Source: an uncultured Candidatus Saccharibacteria bacterium
GTDB lineage: Bacteria > Patescibacteriota > WWE3 > UBA101185 > 2-01-FULL-41-18
DNA length: 64,000 bases
Direction of reading: 5' to 3'
Assembly: GCA_964636285.1 (NCBI GenBank)
Contig: CAZWQF010000003.1
Coordinates: 5,226-69,225 of the forward strand
Shown: positions 9,870 through 19,441 of the stretch, one piece after another
Position numbering within the stretch: the first letter of the stretch is position 1
How the letters are laid out: every line of letters begins with the position of its first letter
Notes under the pieces: model-generated
What the model was told of the DNA's origin: nothing
Database searches by the model: none
Seen by the model: the letters and a program-made list of their open reading frames with translations, nothing else
Position numbers and translations under genes: made by a program

Positions 9870-9885
9870 TGTGAGGATTCTCACA
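9870..9885. promoter_or_regulatory. CRP/FNR-family operator palindrome
   Basis: TGTGAGGATTCTCACA matches TGTGA-N6-TCACA and lies in a divergent intergenic region. Confidence 0.75.
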
Positions 9886-9943
9886 CTTTAAGCTCAAAAC
9901 TTTGGGGTTTGCCACAAACCTAACTAAGTCCATATAATCAGTT

Positions 9944-10915
9944 GTGGAAAATTTTTGGCAAAAGCTTGATAAACCATTCACAGTCTTAGCCCCGATGGAT
10001 GAGGTAACAGACGTAGTTTTCAGAGAAATTCTAAGAAAAGCATCAAAACCTGATGTCTTTTTCACAGAATTTACAAGTGTTGATGGCCTAGCATCTGTTG
10101 GTAGGGATAGGGTAATACAAAAATTAAGATATAACCAAAATCAAAGACCAATTGTGGCGCAAATCTGGGGCCACCGGCCTGAGAACTTTTGGAAAGCAGC
10201 AAAGACTGTCAGCGAACTGGGGTTTGATGGTGTTGATATAAACATGGGGTGCCCTGATAGAACAGTCGTTAAAAATAATGGGGGCTCCGCACTAATAAAT
10301 CAAAAAGAAACTGTTACGGAAATTGTTAAAGCAATCAGAGATGCAGCTCCAAATCTACCCGTCAGTATTAAAACTAGACTTGATACTACAGATGCCCTTA
10401 CTAACGAATGGATTGAGTTTGTCCTATCGCTCAAAGTCGAAGCGTTTACACTTCATGCAAGGACAGCAAAAGCCATGTCCACAGGATTTGCTGACTGGAG
10501 TAAGGTAAAGGAGGCGGTAAACATAAGAAGTGGCCTAGGCGTGGAAACAGTAATAATTGGAAATGGCGATGCCACAAGCTATAAAGATGTGGTTCAAAAA
10601 AGCAATACTTTTAACTGTGAAGGCGTAATGATAGGTAGGGGAGTATTTCAAAACCCGTGGGTGTTTGAAAAACACGATGTAAATGAGGTATGCCCTTCCC
10701 ATTCGTTGCATGAGCATCTACTTTTACTTGCTGAGCACATGAGAATGTTTCATGAGACCTGGGGAACACTAAAAAACTTTGAAATTATGAAGAAATTTGT
10801 CAAAGTATATGTCAAAAACTTTGATGGTGCAGACATTCTAAGAAAAGAATTTATGGCCTGCAGAACCTATCAGGAAGCAAAATTAGTGATTGATAAGGCA
10901 CTTTTAGATTATTAG
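9944..10915 (+). CDS. dus: tRNA-dihydrouridine synthase
   Basis: LAPM, DINMGCP, LHART, IGNGD, MIGRG. Confidence 0.93.
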   Translation: MENFWQKLDKPFTVLAPMDEVTDVVFREILRKASKPDVFFTEFTSVDGLASVGRDRVIQKLRYNQNQRPIVAQIWGHRPENFWKAAKTVSELGFDGVDINMGCPDRTVVKNNGGSALINQKETVTEIVKAIRDAAPNLPVSIKTRLDTTDALTNEWIEFVLSLKVEAFTLHARTAKAMSTGFADWSKVKEAVNIRSGLGVETVIIGNGDATSYKDVVQKSNTFNCEGVMIGRGVFQNPWVFEKHDVNEVCPSHSLHEHLLLLAEHMRMFHETWGTLKNFEIMKKFVKVYVKNFDGADILRKEFMACRTYQEAKLVIDKALLDY

Positions 10916-11037
10916 TAATCCTATAGTGTTCTTGCTTTGTTGCAAAGAGTATGCTACAATCCCCGTTGAATAGTTGATAAGCATCTTGTTTTGAACTTCA
11001 TTACTTCTTAAGAGGGTGGTATCACATAAAAAAATAT

Positions 11038-12255
11038 ATGTTTAATAGAGGCACTACATTCAGAAAGCCTGCTAGGCAAAATTTTGGCAGGGGTAATAGA
11101 TTTTCAAGGCAGAACGGTAAGAAAAACACCGGTATGTCTCCTTTTGAGCTTGAAAAAGCAGTAATTGATTCAAAAAGGTTTGCTCCAAAAGTAGACGAAG
11201 TGGAAGAAATTGTAATTGACGGAAGCTTTTTAGACTTTGGTCTTGAACCCACAATCGTTAACAATATAAAAGAGAAAGGTTATTTAACTCCAACTCCAAT
11301 TCAAGAAAAAACTATCCCAACTATAATGGAAGGTAAGGACTTAATTGGAATTGCGAACACAGGAACGGGTAAGACAGCGGCATTTTTAATCCCATTGATT
11401 AATAAAGTAATTAAAGATAGAACTCAAAAGGTATTAATTATAACTCCAACAAGAGAGCTCGCTCTTCAAATTGAGGACGAATTAAAGACATTTGCAAAAG
11501 GCCTTAGAATTAACTCTGCACTTTGCATAGGTGGGGCAAGCATGTTTTATCAAAAAAGACAGCTTTACCAAAATCCAGCATTTGTAATTGGAACTCCAGG
11601 AAGAATCAAAGATCTTTCAAATCAAAGAGCCTTAAACCTTAAGCAGTTCAACAACGTAGTTCTTGATGAAACAGATAGAATGGTGGACATTGGGTTTATC
11701 AACGAAATTAAATTCTTCATTAGTTTATTGCCAGCATTAAGACAATCTTTATTTTTCTCTGCAACGGTTTCCTTAAAGGTAAAAGAGATAATTCAATCAT
11801 TTGTGCAAAATCCCGTTACGGTAAGCGTAAAACAAAAGGAAACATCTTCAAATGTAAATCAAGAATTGATAAAAGTTAAAAAACAGCAAAAAATTAGTGC
11901 GTTACATGATGTACTTATTAGCGAAAACGTCAAAAAAACACTCATATTTGGTAGAACAAAGCATGGTGTTGAGAAGCTAAGTAAAGAGTTGATTGAAAGA
12001 GGATTCAAAGCCGCCGCTATACACGGAGACAAGAGACAAAATCAGAGACAGAGCATTCTTTTCAAATTCAAAAAAGATGAGATCAACATTTTGCTTGCAA
12101 CTGATGTTGCTTCAAGAGGGCTTGACATAAACGATGTAACTCACGTTATTAACTATGATCTCCCAGAATCATATGAGGATTATGTTCATAGAATTGGCAG
12201 AACCGGAAGAGGATCAAAAACTGGTACAGCTTTAACATTCATTGAAATTGAATAA
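11038..12255 (+). CDS. DEAD-box RNA helicase
   Basis: Q motif TPIQ, ANTGTGKT, PTRELA, DETD (variant DEAD), SAT, HRIGRTGR. A TTGCTT-17-TACAAT promoter lies upstream. Confidence 0.95.
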   Translation: MFNRGTTFRKPARQNFGRGNRFSRQNGKKNTGMSPFELEKAVIDSKRFAPKVDEVEEIVIDGSFLDFGLEPTIVNNIKEKGYLTPTPIQEKTIPTIMEGKDLIGIANTGTGKTAAFLIPLINKVIKDRTQKVLIITPTRELALQIEDELKTFAKGLRINSALCIGGASMFYQKRQLYQNPAFVIGTPGRIKDLSNQRALNLKQFNNVVLDETDRMVDIGFINEIKFFISLLPALRQSLFFSATVSLKVKEIIQSFVQNPVTVSVKQKETSSNVNQELIKVKKQQKISALHDVLISENVKKTLIFGRTKHGVEKLSKELIERGFKAAAIHGDKRQNQRQSILFKFKKDEINILLATDVASRGLDINDVTHVINYDLPESYEDYVHRIGRTGRGSKTGTALTFIEIE

Positions 12256-12260
12256 TTCTT

Positions 12261-13370
12261 TTACAGGTTTTCTTTAAAGAAGAGAATTGTGTTCTTCATT
12301 GCCTCCTCAAAATATGGAGATTCAATGTTGTGACCCCCTCCTTCATATTCGTGAAAGTCATATTTCTTACCTTGTACTTTAAGCTCACTTACCAAATCCC
12401 TTGAGTACCCAATATTTACAACAGAATCGTTTTTTGAGTGATGGATTTGTAGTGGGGCGTTTAGATATTGTAAATTCGAGGTTAAAGAAATCGAACTCCA
12501 AAAATCATTCTTCAAATCCACCTCTTGATTCGATCTTAATCTTTGAACTTCAGGAGATAGCTCTCTGTTTTCAGGCTTGGGCTGTTCATCCAGTGTTTGG
12601 GATGGGGAGGGTGTTGGTGATAGATCAGGCCTTCTAACATAACTTCCATCGTTTAGCCTATACTTTGCAAAGTCTTGGTAGCTGTATACTGCTCCAGCCC
12701 ATATCACCCCTGCCTTGACTTGATCTGACACCAACATAGCCCGCAGAACAAGATTCCCGGCCATACTGTGACCCCACATGCCTATTCTATTTGGATTGAC
12801 CTTATCAAACTTTTGAAGGCTACTTAAAGCGCTTAAGGCATCAATAGTATATGCGGAAGAAAAATACGAACCTGTTGCCTCACCTTGAGAATTCCCGTGA
12901 CCTCTCATATCAATTTTTAGAACTACAAATCCACTTCTGGCTAGAGAATCTACATACGCCAAGTATTTTTCTGTAGTGACATATTGAGACGGCGGGATAT
13001 ACCCATGATTAAATACTAATGCCGGAAACCCACCGATAGGAACTTCAGACTTAGGAACAGTTAAGAGTCCAAATACTTTATACCCTTGGCTCAAATAAGA
13101 GATTATATATCTACTATAGTTTGATCCGTCGTTTAGGGTGCTTTCAACTGTAAACAAAGGGGAGTCTAACTTCTGAGATCTTAGGTAATTAATGCTGATT
13201 GGGGACGTGTAAATATTCTGAGTATGCTGATAACTATTTGAATTCCTTAAATCAGCAGGTTCTGGCACTAATGCAATTTTTCCCCACATTTTTAACAACA
13301 GGGCATTTGTAAAGATTGCAAGGATTAAAATTAAGAAGCTAATAATGATAACCTTTCTATTGATAGACAT
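12261..13370 (-). CDS. Membrane-anchored alpha/beta hydrolase (S9 peptidase-like)
   Basis: NHGY, GHSMAG nucleophile elbow, D.VV, GGGHN. Confidence 0.85.
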   Translation of the reverse strand: MSINRKVIIISFLILILAIFTNALLLKMWGKIALVPEPADLRNSNSYQHTQNIYTSPISINYLRSQKLDSPLFTVESTLNDGSNYSRYIISYLSQGYKVFGLLTVPKSEVPIGGFPALVFNHGYIPPSQYVTTEKYLAYVDSLARSGFVVLKIDMRGHGNSQGEATGSYFSSAYTIDALSALSSLQKFDKVNPNRIGMWGHSMAGNLVLRAMLVSDQVKAGVIWAGAVYSYQDFAKYRLNDGSYVRRPDLSPTPSPSQTLDEQPKPENRELSPEVQRLRSNQEVDLKNDFWSSISLTSNLQYLNAPLQIHHSKNDSVVNIGYSRDLVSELKVQGKKYDFHEYEGGGHNIESPYFEEAMKNTILFFKENL

Positions 13371-13502
13371 CTATATATTATAAGGTAAATATGAATCATC
13401 TGAAAGTTCAGGTATTTAAGTTGATGTATGCATATTCAAAAATTGCGGACTCCAGAGGTTAAAGTGGATAACATACATACAAGCTGATAGAATTTAAGTC
13501 TA

Positions 13503-14567
13503 ATGCGTAAGTTTTTTGAGACATTTAGGCTTAATTTAGGTATTAATAGAATACTACTTATTGAGATTACTCTGTTAATTCTTGTAATTTTCCTTGCCAG
13601 CGTAGTCCGAACAGCAAACTACAAACAAACATGGGAGTTTGAAAGAAGTGACCTTTTCTACGAATATAGCTCTTCGATTGAAACTGGGGCTGGATATAAC
13701 CCATACAAGAAGATACTTGATGGAGATCTTTTAATAAACAGAAAATATGCAACACTTTTTCCTCTGTACTATTTCTTTTTATTTGGCATTACAATTTACT
13801 CAAATTTCAACTTTGAAAAGTTCCTATTTAACTACAGAGAGATATTATTTATAGCTCAAATAATTGGGGCTTTTTTCATTTATTTAATATTCAGAAGAGA
13901 AAATAAAAAATTTGTGGGATTTATTGCAGCAACTTTTTTTATTTTTAATAGGTGGTCAATTAATGTTCTTAGTGATGGAAAACAAGATTTTCTTGCTTTA
14001 GCCTTCTTACTTGGATCTCTTTACTTTTTTAGGTCCAGATCAAAAATTTCTTATTTTCTTTATGGGATATCATTAGGAATGAAACATTTAGGAATTTTTA
14101 TACTTCCGCTTTACTTAGTCCCATTATTCTTTGAGAAAAAGCTTAAGAAAGAATCAATAATTAATTTGGCTTTATTAGGAGCTCCAATTTTAATCCCCTC
14201 CGTTTACTACATGTTTGATAACTTTAAATCCTTTGCCTATTCTATGGCTTTTTCATTCACAAGGAAAAGTGCTACTACAAGCATCCCTTCTGGGTATGAA
14301 AAACTTTTGATTTTGTATAATGTTGGTGTTAAAAATAACACTGTATTTTTTTACATGATACCAAGGCTACCCTTAGTAATTTTCTATTTTTTAAATGTTG
14401 CTGGATTATTTTTTAAAAAGCTTACTCCTTCGCAATATTTACTTGGAACTTTCTTTATATTTGTTGCGTTCAACCCAGTATTATTTGATCAGTATATTAC
14501 ATGGATAACACCGTTTGTATTCATGTCTTTTGCAAAAATTGATAATTTTAAGGAATTTTCAAAATGA
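13503..14567 (+). CDS. GT-C fold membrane glycosyltransferase (GT87-like)
   Basis: Multiple TM segments; D..Y, G.NPY, YATLFP, GKQD, K.., QYITW patterns. Confidence 0.65.
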   Translation: MRKFFETFRLNLGINRILLIEITLLILVIFLASVVRTANYKQTWEFERSDLFYEYSSSIETGAGYNPYKKILDGDLLINRKYATLFPLYYFFLFGITIYSNFNFEKFLFNYREILFIAQIIGAFFIYLIFRRENKKFVGFIAATFFIFNRWSINVLSDGKQDFLALAFLLGSLYFFRSRSKISYFLYGISLGMKHLGIFILPLYLVPLFFEKKLKKESIINLALLGAPILIPSVYYMFDNFKSFAYSMAFSFTRKSATTSIPSGYEKLLILYNVGVKNNTVFFYMIPRLPLVIFYFLNVAGLFFKKLTPSQYLLGTFFIFVAFNPVLFDQYITWITPFVFMSFAKIDNFKEFSK

Positions 14568-15187
14568 GAAATCTTATTTTAGTATCTACCGTAAAGGGAA
14601 ATGTTAGATTAATTATTGATCACATAGAAGGGGATCATAGAACAAAAAAACTTTTGTTTATTCCAACTGCTTCTGAGCCTGAGGTTGGCTACAAGGGATG
14701 GGTAGATGACGAAAGACACGCTTTTGAATCTGAAGGATTTACCGTAACTCACTTTTCATTAACTGATAAAACTGAGGATGAGGTTAAGCAAGCAGTGGAG
14801 AGCTCTGACATTGTATTTGTAGGAGGCGGAAACCCTTTTTATCTACTCAGTAAAGTTCAGCAAACCAATTTTAAAGAATATATCAGAAAGCATGTTGAAC
14901 TTGGAAAACTTTATATAGGAGCAAGTTCTGGCGCCCTTGTAGCTGGGCCTGATTTAGAACCAGCAAAAAGAGATGATGCACTTTCTAGAGCTCCAAAGCT
15001 TCAAGATTACACTGGAATTGGACTTGTAGATTTTATTGTTTTCCCACATTGGGGTAGCATTATAAGTAGAGACCTATACCTGCATCATAGAATGGAACTT
15101 GCGTATTCAACAAAATATAAGATTATACTGCTAACAGATAGTCAGGCTCTTGTAGTAAAAGGGGATTGGTATCACATACTGGACTAA
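14564..15187 (+). CDS. Peptidase E (S51) family
   Basis: FIPTA, VGGGNPFYL, GASSGA, FPHW. Confidence 0.9.
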   Translation: MRNLILVSTVKGNVRLIIDHIEGDHRTKKLLFIPTASEPEVGYKGWVDDERHAFESEGFTVTHFSLTDKTEDEVKQAVESSDIVFVGGGNPFYLLSKVQQTNFKEYIRKHVELGKLYIGASSGALVAGPDLEPAKRDDALSRAPKLQDYTGIGLVDFIVFPHWGSIISRDLYLHHRMELAYSTKYKIILLTDSQALVVKGDWYHILD

Positions 15188-16025
15188 CATCAGAGTAAGC
15201 TTCCTGGTCAACATACTCAGAAACATACATTTTAAATAAATCTTTAAGTTCAACGCGTGTTTCTAATACAGGCTGTGGGATAGAATCAATTACTTGATCG
15301 AGTGTTGTTGCTGTTGCCAGGTTTTCTCTAAGCTCCTTAAGTCTGTGCGAATTTCCAGTCCCATCCCATTTAATGAACTGGGTCCAGAACCAGTAAAACT
15401 CGGTCTTTTTAGGACTTCTTACTGCATTTTCAGTAAATAGATTTGCATAGGAAGGAATATTTTGTAGCCAAGTACAACTGAAAATCCTTTCAACCCCTTG
15501 AAATTCATCTGGATTGTTGTAGATGTAATTGACCATCTCGCTAAATTCATGATTTCTCATAGGCATAAATGCTGACGAAAGATCAGAGACTCTGAATTTT
15601 GCGTCTGCAGATTCCAAGCCAAGCTTCAATGGAGTGAAATGAACTCTAACCTCACCTCTATTTAAGTAAAAATCCGAAGTATTGAGCTTAAAACATCCAA
15701 ATTTGTACTTTTCTGGAGAAAAGACATTGTACTCATCAAGTGGTATAGACAAATATAGTTTCCAAATTCGATTTAAAAGTTCATTATAGTCATCTTTATA
15801 AAGTGTAAGGTATGTATCTAATTTTGAGAGAACTTCCTTAACCCAAGCTGGTCCAGAATTTATATACATATTGTTGGATAAAGTTCCGTAAAGATCAGTG
15901 TAATTACAAAATGATTCAAACACATTCAGTTCAGTATTTTTATGCACAGCAAGACCAAACTCTAATTGAGCCTCAATATATTCGATTGGATATTTAGGTT
16001 TAAAAAAAGATTTACTCTTTTTCAT
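15123..16025 (-). CDS. Hypothetical protein, possibly GNAT-like fold
   Basis: 300-aa ORF with GCF...VRVHF...CTWL...WTQF motifs. Overlaps the peptidase E gene tail-to-tail. Confidence 0.6.
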   Translation of the reverse strand: MKKSKSFFKPKYPIEYIEAQLEFGLAVHKNTELNVFESFCNYTDLYGTLSNNMYINSGPAWVKEVLSKLDTYLTLYKDDYNELLNRIWKLYLSIPLDEYNVFSPEKYKFGCFKLNTSDFYLNRGEVRVHFTPLKLGLESADAKFRVSDLSSAFMPMRNHEFSEMVNYIYNNPDEFQGVERIFSCTWLQNIPSYANLFTENAVRSPKKTEFYWFWTQFIKWDGTGNSHRLKELRENLATATTLDQVIDSIPQPVLETRVELKDLFKMYVSEYVDQEAYSDVSPVCDTNPLLLQEPDYLLAV

Positions 16026-16154
16026 TGACTCGCCTTAAATTGTAATACTGAAAATTTCAAAGTGAATTAGCTAATATAAATTGCAAATACCACGTTTGAA
16101 GCGTTCAATTTAACATAAATAATAATGAGTGGCAAATAATACTGCAATAACCAG

Positions 16155-16182
16155 TTGACATTGTATTAGCATTTGCTAATAT
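16155..16182 (+). promoter_or_regulatory. Sigma70 promoter with an overlapping ArsR-type operator
   Basis: TTGACA (16155) and TAATAT (16177); palindrome TATTAGCA-tt-TGCTAATA at 16164-16181. Confidence 0.8.
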
Positions 16183-16188
16183 ATACAA

Positions 16189-16455
16189 ATGCGTAACGAC
16201 ATATATTCAGCGATAGGGAATGCCATCAGGGCAAAACTAATTATTTGCCTATCTAACTCTCCAAAAAATGTAACTGAACTTATTGATAACTGCGGGCTGT
16301 CACAATCTGCAGTTTCCCAACATTTAAATAAACTTAAAAAAGCAAAGCTCATAAAGTCGGAGAAGTCAGGTAAACAGGTTTATTATTCAGTGCTAAATAA
16401 TAAGACAAGTGACGCATGTGAGTTAATGGTTTCAATTGAAAGGGAAATTAAATGA
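16189..16455 (+). CDS. ArsR/SmtB family repressor
   Basis: Winged HTH: SQSAVSQHL..LK...K.GKQVYY. Confidence 0.92.
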   Translation: MRNDIYSAIGNAIRAKLIICLSNSPKNVTELIDNCGLSQSAVSQHLNKLKKAKLIKSEKSGKQVYYSVLNNKTSDACELMVSIEREIK

Positions 16456-17069
16456 AATTTGCAAATTTCAGAAAAAGTCTATTAAGTTTAACCAAGGTTG
16501 TTGACAATCTTAAGGCAAATGCTAAGGAACATAAGATTGAAGTAGTATCAGAAAATACCATTGGAAAAACTACTATGTTTGGTATTCAAAATAAGGCATG
16601 GCATGAGAGCGTTTTAAAACATGACAAGAACCTAATAGGTTTTATACCAAACCAAATTTACATAACAGAAGTTCAAGACGGTTCCGAAGTAGGGTTCTCA
16701 AGTGCTTTAGTTATGAGCAGTGTTACGCATAATCCTGAAATAGCTAAACTAGCTGAAGATATAAACAGCAGCATTTTGGCACTAGTAATGAAAAGTGCTG
16801 AGCTTACAGAGCTTAAAGTTGCGAACGTAAAATTATTCTCAACTATGTCATGCCCATACTGCAAAATGGAAGCCAAGTGGTTAGAGGAAAAAGGTATAAA
16901 GTTTGTTGATATACATGTTGATCTTAATCAACAAGAAGCCGAAAGGATGGTTCAAAGAACGGGGCAGATGGGAGTTCCGGTGACTGAAGTTGAGTACGAT
17001 AACGGAGAGTATGAATACATAATAGGTTTTGATAAATCTAGACTGTCACAAGTATTAAGTATTAAATAA
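16452..17069 (+). CDS. DUF302-like domain fused to glutaredoxin (NrdH/YruB-like)
   Basis: N-terminal IGFIPNQIYI is DUF302-like. C-terminal CPYC, GQMGVPV, IGFD. Confidence 0.8.
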   Translation: MKFANFRKSLLSLTKVVDNLKANAKEHKIEVVSENTIGKTTMFGIQNKAWHESVLKHDKNLIGFIPNQIYITEVQDGSEVGFSSALVMSSVTHNPEIAKLAEDINSSILALVMKSAELTELKVANVKLFSTMSCPYCKMEAKWLEEKGIKFVDIHVDLNQQEAERMVQRTGQMGVPVTEVEYDNGEYEYIIGFDKSRLSQVLSIK

Positions 17070-17071
17070 AT

Positions 17072-17515
17072 ATGATAGAAAATTTAACCACAAAACACTA
17101 CATTATTCTTGTATCTATTGCGGCACTAATTGGTTTAATATTTGCTATGTCTCAAATAAATTCGAGTGCCCAGGGTTCTATAAATGAAGACAAAACCTTA
17201 GAGGTTTCATTTAGGTCAGTGGGGCCTCATGAATTTAAAAAACTTATAGAATCCAAAAACAGCAAATTGATTGACGTGAGAACAAAAGAGGAATACCTGC
17301 AAGGACATATTTCTGGTGCTTCACAGGTTGATTACTACAACTCATCTGAGTTTAATAAGTTTCTAAACTCGCAAAATAAAGATGAGGCATACATAATTTA
17401 TTGCAGGTCTGGAAACAGAACAGCTCAAACAATAGAAAAAATGAGAGAACTAGGGTTTAAGAATGTAACAGAATTAAAGGGAGGCTATAACGCTTGGAAG
17501 TCAGCTGGCTTTTAA
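17072..17515 (+). CDS. Membrane-anchored rhodanese-domain protein
   Basis: N-terminal TM, IDVRT.EEY..GHI.GA, YCRSGNR, LKGGYNAW. Confidence 0.92.
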   Translation: MIENLTTKHYIILVSIAALIGLIFAMSQINSSAQGSINEDKTLEVSFRSVGPHEFKKLIESKNSKLIDVRTKEEYLQGHISGASQVDYYNSSEFNKFLNSQNKDEAYIIYCRSGNRTAQTIEKMRELGFKNVTELKGGYNAWKSAGF

Positions 17516-17521
17516 TTTGAA

Positions 17522-18646
17522 TCATTCCTGTTGAAATGAGCCCACAGCTCTACATAGTGAGGAGAATCCTTTTTTTTCAAGTAGATCTTTGAGCCCAGAG
17601 TTAATCTCGGAGATAAGTTGAGGGCCGTTGTAAACCATTCCAGTTATCAACTGAACCAATGAGGCACCCCTTTGTATCTTTTCAAAAGCATCTTCCGCAG
17701 AAAATACACCTCCACACCCAATTACAATAAATCTATCTTTGTAGTGCCTATAGGTAAGCGATATCAATTCGTTAGATCTATCAAATGTAGGTTTTCCGCT
17801 AAAGTTTCCTTTGCCACACTCCTGAACTTCTTTCTTATTTAAGCTTTCATGACTTCTGTTTTTTTGAAGATTTCCAAAAATCACACCTTTTGGAAAATAT
17901 TCAGATATAACCTCAAGCATCTCTAAAACCTCAGCATCTGACTTTTCAATTGGCATCTTTACAAAGATTGGTTTAGTGGTTCGCAATTTATCAACTGCTA
18001 TTAAAAGTTTTCTGAGATTTTCTTTTGGATAAAATGAAACATCTCCAAAAAGGTTTGGACAGCTGATATTTAATTCGTAATAAGAGATGTTTATTTTTGA
18101 TTTCTCAAATTTTGCAAAGCAACAAACAATATCTGCAATGCTATCCTCAAGTGACATTTGGTAAGGAACATTAGTTCTTCCAATACTTACACCAATAGGA
18201 ATTTCAAAACTTTGCCCACTTAACTTTTGGATAATCTCTTCTGAACCTGGATTCTTAAACCCTTTATTTACTAAAAGAGCCTGTGACTTTGGAAGTCTTT
18301 TTAGCCTGGGTTTTTGATTTCCTTCACAGTAAAGATTTGAAATTGTACCAATAGTTTGAAACCCAAAGCCCAATGGGGCGAGTACTTTTGTCAGCCTTGC
18401 TTCGTAATCAAAACCTGCAGCAAGTCCTATTGGCCCATCAAAGCTCAAACCAACCAATTCTTGCCTTAAGTAAGGATTTTTTTTGTTAAACGAATGAGCC
18501 AGTAGAGATCTTAAGATTGAGATATTTCCTAAAAATTCTCCTAACCTAAATGCGTTAACGTGTACAAATTCAGGATCCATTAAAAATAGAAACGGCTTGA
18601 TAACACTGGAGTATAAAGATTTGGATACTAAAGCGGGCAGGCTCAT
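17522..18646 (-). CDS. pyrD: Dihydroorotate dehydrogenase, class 2 (quinone-type)
   Basis: DPEFVH, GLAAGFD, GNQKPRL, LNISCPN, SGKP, GASLVQL. Confidence 0.88.
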   Translation of the reverse strand: MSLPALVSKSLYSSVIKPFLFLMDPEFVHVNAFRLGEFLGNISILRSLLAHSFNKKNPYLRQELVGLSFDGPIGLAAGFDYEARLTKVLAPLGFGFQTIGTISNLYCEGNQKPRLKRLPKSQALLVNKGFKNPGSEEIIQKLSGQSFEIPIGVSIGRTNVPYQMSLEDSIADIVCCFAKFEKSKINISYYELNISCPNLFGDVSFYPKENLRKLLIAVDKLRTTKPIFVKMPIEKSDAEVLEMLEVISEYFPKGVIFGNLQKNRSHESLNKKEVQECGKGNFSGKPTFDRSNELISLTYRHYKDRFIVIGCGGVFSAEDAFEKIQRGASLVQLITGMVYNGPQLISEINSGLKDLLEKKGFSSLCRAVGSFQQE

Positions 18647-18652
18647 AAACTT

Positions 18653-19312
18653 TTAGCTTGCCGACTCAACAACATCCCTAAGCTTTTCAATGTCGTTAAC
18701 AATCAACACCCTTTTATTGTATTCGATCACATTTTGGTTGCTTAATTTTTTAAGCTCCAGACTAACTGTCTCTCTTGTCAAACCAAGCATACCTGCAATG
18801 GCTTGTTGTGAAGGCGTGTAATTTAATAGCACTCTAGCACTATCCTTTTTTCTAAGCGTTGCTCTTTCAGCAAGTCTTAAGACAAGCGCAGCAACTTTAT
18901 TGTAGGCTTTGCCTGAGGAAATCAGTTCATAACCAGTCAAAAGCTCAATAAAACCAGAAGAAACGTTTTTGAACAGCTCAAGCATTACATCTTGATTCTC
19001 CTTTAAGTAATCAAAAACATCATTTTTTGGTGCATCCCAAAGCTCAACATCAGTAACTGCTTCAAAGAAGTACATGCTATTTGCATTTGTTAGTGCAAAA
19101 ATCAAAGTGAAGTAAAGACCTGGCTTGAGAATATCAATTGTCATCTCGTTACCACTTTTATCTATTTTATACAGTTTAATATATCCGGATTTTACAAAAG
19201 ATACTTTATCTATAGGCTGTCCAGGATGATGAATTAAAGCACCTTTCTTAAAACATAATAATGGGTATTTTGTGAAGAAACCGTTTAATTTTGTTTGTAT
19301 TTGTAATTCCAT
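18653..19312 (-). CDS. Crp/Fnr family transcriptional regulator
   Basis: cNMP-binding barrel plus HTH SQQAIAGMLGLTRETVS. Confidence 0.93.
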   Translation of the reverse strand: MELQIQTKLNGFFTKYPLLCFKKGALIHHPGQPIDKVSFVKSGYIKLYKIDKSGNEMTIDILKPGLYFTLIFALTNANSMYFFEAVTDVELWDAPKNDVFDYLKENQDVMLELFKNVSSGFIELLTGYELISSGKAYNKVAALVLRLAERATLRKKDSARVLLNYTPSQQAIAGMLGLTRETVSLELKKLSNQNVIEYNKRVLIVNDIEKLRDVVESAS

Positions 19313-19361
19313 GTGCTAATTATACCCCTGTACTATAGGGCGTCAATCAAGAAAACCTCAT

Positions 19362-19381
19362 TTTGTGAGATTTCTCACAAA
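19362..19381. promoter_or_regulatory. CRP/FNR-family operator palindrome
   Basis: TTTGTGAGA-tt-TCTCACAAA. It lies upstream of the minus-strand crp promoter (TTGACG at 19341-46, TATAAT at 19319-24). Confidence 0.85.
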
Positions 19382-19441
19382 TTCTACATTAAGTTTAATA
19401 CAGAAAAAAGAGTCAGCGTAAATTATAGTTCACACAGGCTT

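Noticed and set aside
15123-15187. Tail-to-tail gene overlaps (also 8000-8011, 27831-27856 and others) as an antisense system
   Set aside because: Ordinary for compact genomes, with no further supporting signal.
19313-19441. N-terminal extension of the 82-aa ORF in the ORF track
   Set aside because: It spans the crp promoter and operator. ATG 19442 gives a compact CxxC/CxxC peptide.
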